A program made the translations under genes and the position numbers. A stretch of 62,706 nt of DNA, the filler included, from Stramenopiles sp. TOSAG23-3 (lineage: Eukaryota): NCBI GenBank assembly GCA_900128585.1. It is 6 parts of 6 records of this genome, joined end to end, with 100 filler letters (N's around TTAATTAATTAA, not from the genome) between each part and the next. Parts side by side here need not be neighbours in the genome. Positions count along the whole stretch, not along the records: positions 29,514 to 44,122 come from LT642553.1; 5 more parts are not named here. One strand, 5' to 3'. Positions 32,134-43,189 of this stretch are shown here, one piece after another. Every line of letters begins with the position of its first letter. The first letter of the stretch is position 1. Under the pieces are notes generated by a model. It was given only the letters and a program-made list of their open reading frames with translations, made no database searches and had not been told where the DNA came from.

Positions 32134-33705
32134 ATGGCAGCACGCGGCGCAGCGAGGGACGTACGTGTAGAAGTTGCTCCAGGGACGCTTGGAGTAAAGT
32201 TCGACCCGGACTACAACGGGAACGCCGCGGTCGTGAAACGTTACATTCCGCTTCCTTCGGGGCAAGAAAGCCCGCTGAAAAAGCACGTGCAAATTGGGTA
32301 CGTGCTCGTGTCGGTGAATGACAAAAATGTTGCTACTATGAAGCACAAGGACGTGCTTCGCGCAATGAAGAAAGAGCTGAACCATAGGAGAACACTAATT
32401 TTCAGGGAAAGTTCCGTGCACTACGCGAACCGGGACCTGAAAAAGAGTGCGATTAAAAAGACGGATAGCGCGGACTTGGACATCGAAGTTACGCAAGTCC
32501 GGTTGAACCGTGATGGTTCGAAGCAGTTTGCGGAGTACGAAGTGTTGTGCACGCTTAGGAAACGCACGAATATGACGAAAAACAACCTGTTCCAGTGGGG
32601 AGTATGGCGGCGCTACAGTGCGTTTGGGGCGCTGTCCGTCGCGCTAAAGGCGCAGTACGGTTGGCAAATGCAGGAGGCCAAGTTCCCCCCGAAGAAAACG
32701 TTTGGTGCGATGGAACCGTCGTTTTTGGAACAACGGCGGCGGGGGTTAGACCTTTACATGCACTTCATCACCCAAATTCGGAACGTAACTGATTTTTCCA
32801 AAGAACACCTGTCAAGCACGGAATTGAAGCGGTTCGTCGACTACGACGCTGGGATGGAAAAGTGCGGCATCAAGGCTTTGTTGGACCAGGAGAAAGAGGA
32901 CGCCGCGAAAGCATCTTCCCAAATCAAAGCGAAAACTAAGAAGAGCCGCCGAGGTTCGGCCTCGCACAAACCTTCCTCTAGCGGGGCGGGAAACGGTAGA
33001 GAAAACGATTCGAGTGAGTCGACGTCGAAGAGTTCACGGAGCAAGGGGAAGGGTAGAACCGGTCGCAGACGTAAGAAGACCGTCACCGAGCGCGTCGCTG
33101 CAGCACGCGGAAACCGCCCTCCCTCCTCTGCTTCTGTTAGTAAAAGCGGCGCCGCACCAGAATCTAATTGTGAAAAGCCAGCTCCTCCAAAGAGCGAGGA
33201 TGCGGGCGCTGACGCGCCTGCCGAGAGCAGCGAAGACGCCTTGGTTGTCGCTCTTGGCCCAGAGTACGACATGTTTAAAAAGATGCTGAAAATGGGACTG
33301 CCCGAGGGCGCGGTCAGACAGAAAATGTCCCTCGCTGGGGTCGACCCGGCTCCATTGTTTAGTAACGGTAGCGGTGGATCAAACAGCGCTCCACCGCCAC
33401 CGAGAGCCATGCCCCCCCCAGCCTCGAAGAGCGCGCCACGCCCTCCTCCCCCAATGCCAAAGACGCCCCCCCCCATGCCAGCGGGGGTGGTCACGAACCC
33501 TAACCCTAACCGAGGTGGTTTGTTGGAAGCGATCAGGAAGGGCAAAATGCTCAAGAAAACAGAAACGGTTGAGAAGGGGGCGTCTGTTGGAGACTCGGGT
33601 AGCGATGACGATGATGCCGGTGATTCAGGTGGAGGTGGTGGTGGAATGATGGCCGAGATGATGCGGAAAGCACAAGCTAGAAGGGCCAGGGCCAACGGTG
33701 ACTAA
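32134..33705 (+). CDS. PDZ + PX + CCDC53/WASHC3-like helical motif + polyproline + WH2 protein
   Basis: PDZ (PGTLGVKF...IGYVLVSVND), PX (WRRYSAF...FPPKKTFG...FLEQRRRGLDLYM), YDMFKKMLKMGLPEGAVRQKMSLAGVDP, PPPP tracts, WH2 RGGLLEAIRKGKMLKKT. Confidence 0.8.
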   Translation: MAARGAARDVRVEVAPGTLGVKFDPDYNGNAAVVKRYIPLPSGQESPLKKHVQIGYVLVSVNDKNVATMKHKDVLRAMKKELNHRRTLIFRESSVHYANRDLKKSAIKKTDSADLDIEVTQVRLNRDGSKQFAEYEVLCTLRKRTNMTKNNLFQWGVWRRYSAFGALSVALKAQYGWQMQEAKFPPKKTFGAMEPSFLEQRRRGLDLYMHFITQIRNVTDFSKEHLSSTELKRFVDYDAGMEKCGIKALLDQEKEDAAKASSQIKAKTKKSRRGSASHKPSSSGAGNGRENDSSESTSKSSRSKGKGRTGRRRKKTVTERVAAARGNRPPSSASVSKSGAAPESNCEKPAPPKSEDAGADAPAESSEDALVVALGPEYDMFKKMLKMGLPEGAVRQKMSLAGVDPAPLFSNGSGGSNSAPPPPRAMPPPASKSAPRPPPPMPKTPPPMPAGVVTNPNPNRGGLLEAIRKGKMLKKTETVEKGASVGDSGSDDDDAGDSGGGGGGMMAEMMRKAQARRARANGD

Positions 33706-34053
33706 AGCTTCATAATCATACAAATTACACACTGGGGAAATATGATTTTTAAGATAATAAAACACCAAAATTTTGTATTGTGTTTTTTTTTAAACAAGAA
33801 AATTGGCTGTTATTTAAGTGTTTTTTAAAAACAAGAAAATTGGCTGTTAAGTGTTTTTTAACAAATTAAACAACCAAAATATATAGTATGTTTTAAGACT
33901 CTCATTTTTTAACAAATTATATATTAATATAGTGTTTTTTTATGATAAATTAGTGAAAAAATGTAAGACGCGATATTTTGAAGACTTTTACTTTGTACGA
34001 GTAAGAGTCCAAAACAATATGCCGAGGTGAATGTTTTGGGATTTCTCCCTCCC

Positions 34054-35472
34054 TCACAATTTGCTACTTCGTGGGTTGTTGGATCCAAACTCACCCAAGG
34101 GTACGTTGAGTTCAACATACCTTGCGTCCGAACGACTGCGGGATCGCCGCTTGTTTGAATTCTTGAAGAATGAATTGAAAAGGCCAAAATTTTTGCCTCC
34201 TTCTTCTTGTTGGCTATTGGTTGCACGCTCAATCGTTTCCCTGATTCTCCCCGTCTGCTCTGTATTAACCGTTTCCGGAAACTCCACTTCAAATACTATA
34301 TATAGGTCCCCGTGGGTTTTCGGCACCCGGCCCCTTAGAGTATTGCTTTCTCCTGTAATTCCATTCCACAGTTCATCGTCTTCGTTGTATTCATAAATGG
34401 AGTCCATTGGGTCACTTCCAGCCTTGCTGCCTTCGTCAGGCACGGCCCCTCGGATAGGCATGCCTTCGCCTCTAAGCCTGCCTACTGTCCCAGGCTTTAT
34501 CACACTCCCTGGGTTTGTCTTGATTTCCAACGGAACGCTTGACAAATTCTTCTCGAGAGTGCCATCAGGGCGTTTCTTGAAAGCGTCCGCCAGTCGCGGC
34601 AGTACTGGCGTACACCCACACAAAGCGTCCACCAAGTTTACCGTTACCTTTGCCAACAGATCGTTGCCCTTTCGTATGTAACGGGGGTGTTCCTTTTCCT
34701 GTACAATTATATGAATGTCCCCCTTGTCAAAACCAATCTCTTCGTCTGATTCACCTTTTAACACCACCACATCCCCCGCTTTCATGCCTCGCTCTATGCG
34801 AACGTTTACTTTCGAAGTTTCGGAGTATGTTTCTATCCCTGGCTTGACCGTCCAACCATCCCCGTTGCAATTCTGGCACGTAGAACTCTGCTGAACCACA
34901 GAGTTCCCGAATCGTCGGACGGATGTTACATGCCCGGACGTCTTGCAAAGCGGGCACGGATCGAAACAGTTGTCTTTGGAGAATGGCTCAGGGTATCGGA
35001 CACGTTTGCGCTGAACTCGGTAAGACTTCACGATCCCGTGGTACAGTTCTTCCAAGGTGAGGGAAACCTGGAAATCCGTCGGGTTCAATACACCGCCCCT
35101 GCCTTTCACAGTGCTCTTGTTGGGCGGGGGGCGGGGGCTGTGGATCGAGCCTTTCGATGACATATTAAACACATTGCTGGAAAACATCGATTTGAACATT
35201 TCTTCGACGGGGCTGCTGGGAATGTCTTTAGAGGCATGATTCTTTCGCCTTTGGTCGTAATCGTATACCCTTCGCTTTTTCTCGTCCGATAAAACCGCGT
35301 ACGCTTCTGAAATACACTGAAACTCCTGCTTGTCCCCACCAGGACGGTCCGGGTGGTACTTTTTCGCCAACTTTCTGTAAGCCTTTACTATATCACTCTT
35401 CGATGCACTCTTTTCTACACCCAGCACTTCGTAGAAATTTTTGGGCGATCTATATTTCTCTTGACCGACCAT
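34054..35472 (-). CDS. DnaJ/Hsp40 subfamily A-like chaperone
   Basis: J domain with HPD ([11 protein letters not shown]), [17 protein letters not shown] and CQNCNGDG, C-terminal LVDALCG / GEGMP / [12 protein letters not shown]. First ATG at 35472. Confidence 0.9.
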   Translation of the reverse strand: MVGQEKYRSPKNFYEVLGVEKSASKSDIVKAYRKLAKKYHPDRPGGDKQEFQCISEAYAVLSDEKKRRVYDYDQRRKNHASKDIPSSPVEEMFKSMFSSNVFNMSSKGSIHSPRPPPNKSTVKGRGGVLNPTDFQVSLTLEELYHGIVKSYRVQRKRVRYPEPFSKDNCFDPCPLCKTSGHVTSVRRFGNSVVQQSSTCQNCNGDGWTVKPGIETYSETSKVNVRIERGMKAGDVVVLKGESDEEIGFDKGDIHIIVQEKEHPRYIRKGNDLLAKVTVNLVDALCGCTPVLPRLADAFKKRPDGTLEKNLSSVPLEIKTNPGSVIKPGTVGRLRGEGMPIRGAVPDEGSKAGSDPMDSIYEYNEDDELWNGITGESNTLRGRVPKTHGDLYIVFEVEFPETVNTEQTGRIRETIERATNSQQEEGGKNFGLFNSFFKNSNKRRSRSRSDARYVELNVPLGEFGSNNPRSSKL

Positions 35473-36302
35473 AGTAGCCGTTCTGCATTCACTAACGACC
35501 TCCTGCCCTTGGGACTGACGGAACAAATATTATATTATATTCGTACCAATCGCCTCACTCACTCACTCGCTTAATCTATGCTTTCATTGAGTTTTTAAAG
35601 CCATGTAGTATTTAAAGCATCTTTTTCAACAGCCAGAATTTCTGGGATAGATTTACTACTAAGTTTTTCTGTGTCTAAATCATCATAGTCTAGTTAGTGG
35701 TGGAATGATGATGTATGAAGAATAATCCATCCATCAGGAGGAATGACGAAGAAGATAATATGATGATGGGTTAATAATAAAATTTGTTATTTAATTTATT
35801 TAAAAAGAAGTGAAAAAAAATTTTAAAAAATAATAGTCTACGTAGAATAACTTCTTTTTTTTTTGGTTAAAAAAAAAATAATAAGTTTTTTCGTTATTTT
35901 CCTTGTTATTCAATGTTATTTTTTGTAACACTAACTCGAGAAGAAGAAGAAGAAGAAGAAGGACACACAAAAAAATCGCAAGAAAAAACAAGAAGTACAA
36001 TAATATCATATAAATAAGTAGTACAGTAATTATTATTTACATAGAACTACTACTAACTATAATCGTCTAGAATAATAAAATTCAAATTCAAATTCAAACA
36101 ATTCAACAACAAAAGAAAAGGAGAATTCTGAATTAAAGGTAGTTAAGCAGGATGTACTTTATATCCTTGGAATGAGCAAGAATTTGTACACTGTTGACCA
36201 ATTGGAATTTAACGATTTGATCTGATCCATACCATTGGATCAAAGCAAGTGCAAACCACCTAGGTTCGTTCTATCTAAAAAGTCTTGAAGCTGCTCTGTA
36301 CC

Positions 36303-39300
36303 ATGGCGGCTGCTGTTACCACCACTGCGAGTGTTGGGGAGGTGTCCGGGGCCAACGAAACGGGCCAGCTTGGTTTCTACCAAGAGAACAAAGAGGAGCT
36401 TCGGGGGGTGCTGGATAAAGAAGGCAGCAATTTTCTCAACACAAGGTCGGATACGGGCTACGTTGGGCTGATCAACCAAGCTGCCACGTGCTACTTGAAC
36501 TCCTTGATACAAACCCTGTTCACAACGAGAGAACTCCGGCAATGTCTGTACAATTTTCGACACGACCAAAAGCTTCATGGTCCCGCAGAGCGGTCGATTC
36601 CACTTCAATTGCAGCGGCTGTTTGCAAAGCTTCAGTTTGGCGCCAGGCCAGCGACGTCCACGACGGAGTTGACGCGCGCGTTCGGCTGGGGAAAGGCGCA
36701 GGGTGCGCAGCAGCAAGACGTGCAAGAACTGTGCATGGTCCTGTTCGACGCGCTGGACAGGTCCCTGGCAGCGAAGGACGGGGCCGCCCTTTCGGGTATC
36801 GACTCCAAAAAGACGACCATTCGGTCGCGAATAACGGACCTGTTTCGAGGGAAATGCCAGAATTACATTCGTGGCCCAAAGTTCTGCAGGTACCACCCGG
36901 ACCCGTTCCTGACGCTGAGTTTGCCCATCAAAGGGCAGGCGTCGGTCGTCGACGCCTTGCACAAGTACTTTGAGCCCGACCAGTTGAACGGGGACAACCA
37001 GTACTTTTGCGAGGAGCTGGACAAGAAGATCGACGCTGAAAAGGGAAGCGTGGTGGAATCCCTCCCTCCCGTGCTCATGCTCCACTTGAAACGCTTCGAT
37101 TTTGATTTTGCAACCATGCGAAGGGTCAAAATCAACGACGCGTGCGCGATTCCCGAAGTCCTGGACATGGACGTCGTGTTGGAGAAGTTCAAGTACGACC
37201 GCGGCAGCTCAGCCAGGGCCCCGAACGACATGAGCGCCGCCCCGGACGAAAAAGAAAACCAGCAGAAGAGTGGCGAAAACGACATGCCGATCAACGAGAC
37301 TCTCCCGGGACCTTTGGCGAAAAAAACGTTCGGAAGGTACGAGCTGGTGTCCATCATGAACCACAGCGGAAATAGCCGAGGGGGACACTACCGTGCCTTT
37401 ATCCGGGGGGACAGGTCGGACAACAGCGCCGACTGGTTCGATTTCAACGATGCGACGGTGTCTAAACTTGATGAAAAAGAGGTAGACTCGCTGTTCGGCC
37501 GAAAGGGTGAGGAGTTGGGAAGATCGTCGTCCAACGCTTACTTGCTGTGCTACCGAAAGGTGGACGCTGTTGAGACGCCAACGGGGGCGCCCGGCGGTAA
37601 CGACGACCGCAGCATGTTGCCAGAGGGCCTGCAGGATTCCATTCGAGCGGAGAATGAACGGTTCTCTCGATTGCGCCGAACGTACGATATTCGGCAGCAA
37701 CTGGTAGAAATGCGTGTCTTCACTTCTGGGGCGATTGGAACGGTAAAGGGCGCGGACCTTATGATGGACTTTCCATCGTATTACACCTTGGAGCGGGCTA
37801 CTCAGTGCGTCCACAAGAAGCTGTTCGATGGCCAGGGAGACGCAGTCGGAATCGACCGGGTGCGCCTCCGCGTCTTCGATGCGCATGCGTCCGCGGCGGG
37901 GAAAACGTTCGGGGGGAAAGAAAGCAGCACGCTGAAAGGTTTAGGGATGGGCTTGTCTGCAACCATGATGTTGGAAGTCCGTGAGCCGGATGCGGTCTTT
38001 GAAGAGTACAACCCGAACGAAATGCTCGTTCGAATCAGCCACTGGGACGGGGCCAGCCAAAGCGCGGACGTGTCGACTTCCAAAGTGGTTCGGGTGGACG
38101 GCGACCAGGCGGCAACTGTGGGGCAGTTGCGGCAAGCGATTGAGAAGGCGACTGGTCTGACAGCGTCGGCGATTCGTATCATACGAATGTCGAACACGAA
38201 GGCAGTGGTGCTGAACGAGGACGTTAAAGAAATAAAACGAGACTTTTCTATATGGTCGGGAGAGGAAGTTATCTTGGAGCCGCTGACGGAGGAGGAACAG
38301 AAAGAAGAGGGGGCGTTCAGAAGCGCGAAGGGGAGTGCCATCATCAAGCGGTACGAAGATACCCGGAACCGTGTGTCTGTTAATTTTAACCGTATCGGAG
38401 AAAAGACGTACGACTCGGTCATCATCGTGGACAAGCGCCGCCCCTTGCGAGAACTGAAGCAGATGATCGCGGACGCGCTGGGCATTACGAAAGTGAACGC
38501 GTTCCGCCTGAAGCTTCACGAGCGGGCACCGGTCCTGAAAGACCTTGATGCCCCGATAGGATCCAACCAAATTAGTGACGGGAGCGTCGTGTACGTGGAG
38601 AAAGGCATGCAGCCGGGTGAAAACGAGGTTATTCTTCTTTTTTTCAAGTACAGGCCCAACCCCCCGAAGGGCTCAAAGCCTTTCGTGGCCTTTTCAAAAA
38701 TCAACGTGGACAAAAATGCGAAAATCAGCGACTTAAAAAAGCGCCTCTCCGCGCACCCGAAGGCAAATGGCCACCCCGCGTCTCGCCTTCGTCTGCGGGA
38801 ACGAAAGCGTGCAGGCAATGGTGTGGGGAGCATTTTGAGAGACGACCAGACCCTCTCGAAGTGCGTTAAGCGAATTAGCGACGGCGACAAGTTTGCCGTG
38901 CAGTTTCTTGACCAGGATGAAATCGTTACGACAAAAGACGTCATCGTCAGCGCCTGTTCGTGGGACCCAAAAGGGGGCAAGCTGAGCAATAAGGCTGAGA
39001 TTGTGTTGTCTAAGTACGTAACTGTGGGCCAGTTAAACGAACGAATGGAAGCATTGTACCCGTTGGGCGAGGGAAATAGTGAGCGCCGAACGTTTCAGGT
39101 TGCAAAGTTGAGAACAATGGGGGGGGTGACGGCGAAAGTCATCGCTTCTCGAACATTGTCTGGCAAAGGGATTTCATGGGTGAACTTGGAGACACCAGTT
39201 GAGAGGGAAGACGGCAACAAAGAGGAACAAAACGAAGCAAGCACGGACGTGCTGGTGATGAAAACGAAAGTGGGGCGCTTCTGTGACGGGGACAACATTG

Positions 39301-39566
39301 TTGTTGCCAGTGCTGCCGAGGTGGCGGGGCTTCGCGCGTTTCTTGCTGAGAAAAAGGCTGAAAGAGAAAGGGCCGCCGCGATTCAAAACGGGGAAAACTT
39401 TGCCTCGGCGTCCGGCGCCGTATCCCCTGCCCCGTCGAAAGGGAATATTACCAAACCGCGCCCTCCTCCAACGTTTGCAGGTCGAGTGGTGCTAAAGCGT
39501 CCCGAGGTTGGCATTAAGATTTCGACTGTTTTTGACTCAGGAGAAAATCCGCCCCCCTCGGAATGA
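36303..39566 (+). CDS. Ubiquitin-specific protease, USP47/USP40/USP7-like, with C-terminal ubiquitin-like domains
   Basis: Cys box GYVGLINQAATCYLNSLIQ, QQQDVQEL, LHLKRFDFDF, His box HSGNSRGGHYRAFI, WFDFNDATV, NAYLLCYRK. Confidence 0.92.
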   Translation: MAAAVTTTASVGEVSGANETGQLGFYQENKEELRGVLDKEGSNFLNTRSDTGYVGLINQAATCYLNSLIQTLFTTRELRQCLYNFRHDQKLHGPAERSIPLQLQRLFAKLQFGARPATSTTELTRAFGWGKAQGAQQQDVQELCMVLFDALDRSLAAKDGAALSGIDSKKTTIRSRITDLFRGKCQNYIRGPKFCRYHPDPFLTLSLPIKGQASVVDALHKYFEPDQLNGDNQYFCEELDKKIDAEKGSVVESLPPVLMLHLKRFDFDFATMRRVKINDACAIPEVLDMDVVLEKFKYDRGSSARAPNDMSAAPDEKENQQKSGENDMPINETLPGPLAKKTFGRYELVSIMNHSGNSRGGHYRAFIRGDRSDNSADWFDFNDATVSKLDEKEVDSLFGRKGEELGRSSSNAYLLCYRKVDAVETPTGAPGGNDDRSMLPEGLQDSIRAENERFSRLRRTYDIRQQLVEMRVFTSGAIGTVKGADLMMDFPSYYTLERATQCVHKKLFDGQGDAVGIDRVRLRVFDAHASAAGKTFGGKESSTLKGLGMGLSATMMLEVREPDAVFEEYNPNEMLVRISHWDGASQSADVSTSKVVRVDGDQAATVGQLRQAIEKATGLTASAIRIIRMSNTKAVVLNEDVKEIKRDFSIWSGEEVILEPLTEEEQKEEGAFRSAKGSAIIKRYEDTRNRVSVNFNRIGEKTYDSVIIVDKRRPLRELKQMIADALGITKVNAFRLKLHERAPVLKDLDAPIGSNQISDGSVVYVEKGMQPGENEVILLFFKYRPNPPKGSKPFVAFSKINVDKNAKISDLKKRLSAHPKANGHPASRLRLRERKRAGNGVGSILRDDQTLSKCVKRISDGDKFAVQFLDQDEIVTTKDVIVSACSWDPKGGKLSNKAEIVLSKYVTVGQLNERMEALYPLGEGNSERRTFQVAKLRTMGGVTAKVIASRTLSGKGISWVNLETPVEREDGNKEEQNEASTDVLVMKTKVGRFCDGDNIVVASAAEVAGLRAFLAEKKAERERAAAIQNGENFASASGAVSPAPSKGNITKPRPPPTFAGRVVLKRPEVGIKISTVFDSGENPPPSE

Positions 39567-40216
39567 ATGACTAATAAAAAGGAAGAAGACTAATTTAATA
39601 TTTTTGCATATATAAGCTTAGTGCTAATTTAAAATAAGCCAATTTTCTTGTTTTTAAAATAATAAGACCAATTTATACAAAGTATCTAATCATATATTTT
39701 TATTTATAATTTAAGCATCATCATAAAATCATGACACATAGGAATACGTGTCATGATTTTATTATAGAAGGCACATAGCATTGTAACTCTTTTCCTCTTC
39801 CAATTCGTCAATTATTCTTCTTCTTTGTTTTCAAAAAATTATTAGTAATTTATTCAAAAAAACAAATCCATCATCATATCATCATCACACCATGAATGAA
39901 CACCAGCAGACCAGCAGCTGGGGGGGGGCTGGGCAGGGAGAAGAAGGGATGGGAGGCCCGTCCGTCCATCCCCGTCGGCCCATCCGTCGGTGATGGACTA
40001 TGTGGTAGGTATTTTAAATATCATTTCTTTCTTTTCATCACGTACACAGTTCAAGCAAGAAAGAAAGAATGAAGATGTGCGTAGACAACTATAAAATAAA
40101 AAGAGATAAACAATACTCCATTTCATTCCATCAAGTTATTTTAAAACATAAGTGTTCTCTCGTTAAATACCAGAGGTTTATTTTTTTGCTTCTTGTTGTT
40201 TAAAAAAAAAGACCTC

Positions 40217-40726
40217 ATGGCGTTAAAGGGTTCAAAAAAGGGAACCACCGATACTACGAACGGTACGGTGTTGGAGTCGCACACCCAACAGCGCACCTTT
40301 ATAAAGTCTTTGACGTGGCGTATTCTTGCTACTGGAACGACTATATTGATCGCCTTTTTGTTAACGGGGGCTTTGGCACAGGCGCTCTCCGTCGGTATCC
40401 CGGACTTCTTTGTAAAATTTATTGTATATTATGCCCACGAGCGACTCTGGCTATTGACTGCGCTGCAGCAGTTGAAGAGCCGCGTCCTTTTCAAAATGGT
40501 ATCGTGGAAGCTGATTGCCGTGTCCCTTTCCATGGCCGTCACCTTTTACGTAACTGGGAGCTTGAAAATTGCGTTGAAGCTAGGTCCAATAGACTTTGGT
40601 ATCAAAACGTTAAGCTTTTACTTGCATGAAAAACTTTGGGATTCTATCGAGTATGGACGAAAGGTTGAAGCAGAGATCAAAGAAGATACAACAACAACAA
40701 CAACAACAAAGAAGAAAAACAAATAA
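40217..40726 (+). CDS. Small membrane protein with two tandem DUF2061-like repeats
   Basis: RTFIKSLTWRILATGTT...LTG...YYAHERLW and RVLFKMVSWKLIA...VTG...FYLHEKLW. Confidence 0.75.
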   Translation: MALKGSKKGTTDTTNGTVLESHTQQRTFIKSLTWRILATGTTILIAFLLTGALAQALSVGIPDFFVKFIVYYAHERLWLLTALQQLKSRVLFKMVSWKLIAVSLSMAVTFYVTGSLKIALKLGPIDFGIKTLSFYLHEKLWDSIEYGRKVEAEIKEDTTTTTTTKKKNK

Positions 40727-41174
40727 AAAAATCAAATAATTAAATGAACAACATTATTATTATTATTATTATACTACCATTATTACGACGAGGTAGTAGA
40801 AAATAACCTTGTCACAACAAGGGACAAGAAGAAGAAGACGAGGAAGTAGTCAAATTAAAATTAATAATTAAATAAAATACTCACCACCACTATTAATACT
40901 ACGAGTACTCCTCTACTACTGTTTTTTTTTCTTATTATTATTAATATTATATTTTTATTCCCCCGCGCCGCGTTAAAATTTCCTCTTAATCAAATTCGAG
41001 AATGAACGGGATCATTCATGGAAGAATAGGGCCTTCATTTAAACACCACCACTCCTAGCCTTTGTTTGCAACACATACAATTTCTTCGGTGGGAAGAACC
41101 GCTTTTGCCACCTAGAAGTCTGTCCCACCGACATGCGAGGGCGTTGCTGTTGCTGGAATTGAACAGGTGTACGG

Positions 41175-42857
41175 ATGCTCAAGATACCGTCCTTTACGCG
41201 GGCCAAAGCGCTGGCAAAAATATGCAGCGTTCCTATCAAAAGGATGATTGGGCCGCTCATCGAAAAGCGCAATAAAAAGTTTTACATCATGGAAGATTTG
41301 TACGCGTTCCCCTCGAGGAACTCTGTGATCATTCCGTTTGAGACCGCGGCGGAGTTCGTCGTCAAAGAAGTCGACCCGACCTTGCAGGTTGTCGAGGACA
41401 CGTTGGACCCATACTCCATTGGGAAAGAACTTCTGTTCGATTCCCTTGCAGGGAGCACCGAGGGCGTGCAGCAGGACAGGCTAATGCCGCCGGTCGCAGT
41501 CGTACTGGGGGAAAAAGACCATGGGAAAACCACGCTGGTCGACTGTTTGACTGGCCGACGGACCCAGGAAGTGGGCGGGATTACCCAGCGGATTGGCGTG
41601 GCAAAATTTAACTATTCTGGCGTTGGGGAGGAGTCAACGGCTCATCGTGCCGAAACGAGCCCTTCCCCTGCCGTCGTGGGGGGAGGGGAGTACGACGCGC
41701 AGTTTATGACCCTGCTGGATACCCCAGGGCACGAACATTTTGTGGAGATGAGGCGCGGCATGACGTTCAATGCAGACTTGGCAGTCGTTGTCGTAGCGTG
41801 CGATGAAGGGTTTACCGACGGTACGACGAACGTTCTGCAGCACGCCCAGGACGCTGAAGTCCCGCTTCTGTTTGCATTGACCAAAACGGACTTGGCGCCT
41901 CCCGATCGGCTGAAAGAGTACATTTCTGACAAATATCCGGGGAGTCTGGTGGCGGCAGGATCCTGCGTAGAAGGAAATGGGGAGGTCGAGCCAAATGCCA
42001 GTGGTGGTGGACGGGGACGGGTCGGCGATATTTCCAGCATGCTGGCCACGTGGGCGTTCGACAATGAAACGCACGGGCGGTTGCACGGTTTCGCGGCTGC
42101 CTGTGTTTTGGATGCCCACGCAGACCGTTCACGGGGCCTGCTGATTCGAGTGCTGGTGCAGGAAGGACAGCTCCACGATGAGGATGCCTTCGTCGTCGGT
42201 TGCATGCATGGTGTCGTGCGCCAAATGTTCTGCGTCTTCACCGGCGTGCGAAAAAGCACTGCCCGTGTGGGCGAAGTCGTAGACATCATGCTGAAGCGGC
42301 AGCAAGGGAAGCTACGCGAGGCTTCCCCACCGCGCATGGGGGAAGGGCTTTTTGTGCTGCCAGAGAAGATTGCGCAGGATGTCGTGGATGTCCGTTTGAT
42401 GGCACTGGAGTTGCCGATGTACTACAACGGAGATGTGATGGTCCAAGACATTATTGAGGGGGCGAACGCGGACCCAAGGGTGGATGGTGATTTGCACGGG
42501 ACCGAGGGGGGCGGGGAGGGAGACTGGGGCGCGGGTGGCGAACAGTCGGGCCCGCCTGAACTGAAGATAATAGTAAAGGCCGACTCCAGCGCGGGCTTGG
42601 AATCACTGGCCGAAGTCTTGGATCAGCACTACACGGGCATACGAATTGTACATAGCGGCCTTGGGAACGTGACCAAACACGACATTGAGGTCGCAGCATT
42701 GTACGAGAACACCCCGATTGTGTGCTTAAATTTAAAGGTTACGAGCAAGAAAGTGCTCCAGCTTGCAGAGGAAGAGGGGGTGACGATCGAGGAGGGAGAG
42801 ATTTTGCACGACCTAGTTCGAAGGTTGTGGGAAACCCACGCGGCGTGCGACGAGTAA
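41175..42857 (+). CDS. Organellar translation initiation factor IF2-like GTPase, divergent and C-terminally shortened
   Basis: PPVAVVLGEKDHGKTTLVD, EVGGITQRIG, LLDTPGHEHF, TKTD, domain II, and domain III IIVKADSSAGLESL...IVHSGLGNVTKHDI. Start codon uncertain. Confidence 0.8.
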   Translation: MLKIPSFTRAKALAKICSVPIKRMIGPLIEKRNKKFYIMEDLYAFPSRNSVIIPFETAAEFVVKEVDPTLQVVEDTLDPYSIGKELLFDSLAGSTEGVQQDRLMPPVAVVLGEKDHGKTTLVDCLTGRRTQEVGGITQRIGVAKFNYSGVGEESTAHRAETSPSPAVVGGGEYDAQFMTLLDTPGHEHFVEMRRGMTFNADLAVVVVACDEGFTDGTTNVLQHAQDAEVPLLFALTKTDLAPPDRLKEYISDKYPGSLVAAGSCVEGNGEVEPNASGGGRGRVGDISSMLATWAFDNETHGRLHGFAAACVLDAHADRSRGLLIRVLVQEGQLHDEDAFVVGCMHGVVRQMFCVFTGVRKSTARVGEVVDIMLKRQQGKLREASPPRMGEGLFVLPEKIAQDVVDVRLMALELPMYYNGDVMVQDIIEGANADPRVDGDLHGTEGGGEGDWGAGGEQSGPPELKIIVKADSSAGLESLAEVLDQHYTGIRIVHSGLGNVTKHDIEVAALYENTPIVCLNLKVTSKKVLQLAEEEGVTIEEGEILHDLVRRLWETHAACDE

Positions 42858-43189
42858 AAGGGTTCAAACGTGTTTAGTGTGTGCAAATATTAAGAATTTA
42901 CACACTTTGTTCCAGATCAATTGAATTTGAATTGCATTTTGGACTTTTTTTGTATTTCTAACTTGGTTCTGTAGTTTTGTATTTCTATTCCTATAAAAAC
43001 AAGAAAATTGGATGTTATTTAAGTAATTAAAATTAATGTACTGCGAACTGAAAACTGAAATCAATTCTTAAAAAACAAATTATTAAAACATCTAGTTGTA
43101 TGTTTTAAATGTTAATTGAAAGAACACTTTTTCTAAAATTATGACTAGCTAAATGATACACTATATTAAAATATTAGCTTTGTCCTAAA

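Noticed and set aside
33496..33511. AACCCTAACCCTAACC telomere-like repeat
   Set aside because: Only ~2.5 units and in frame as Asn-Pro-Asn-Pro-Asn within a CDS.
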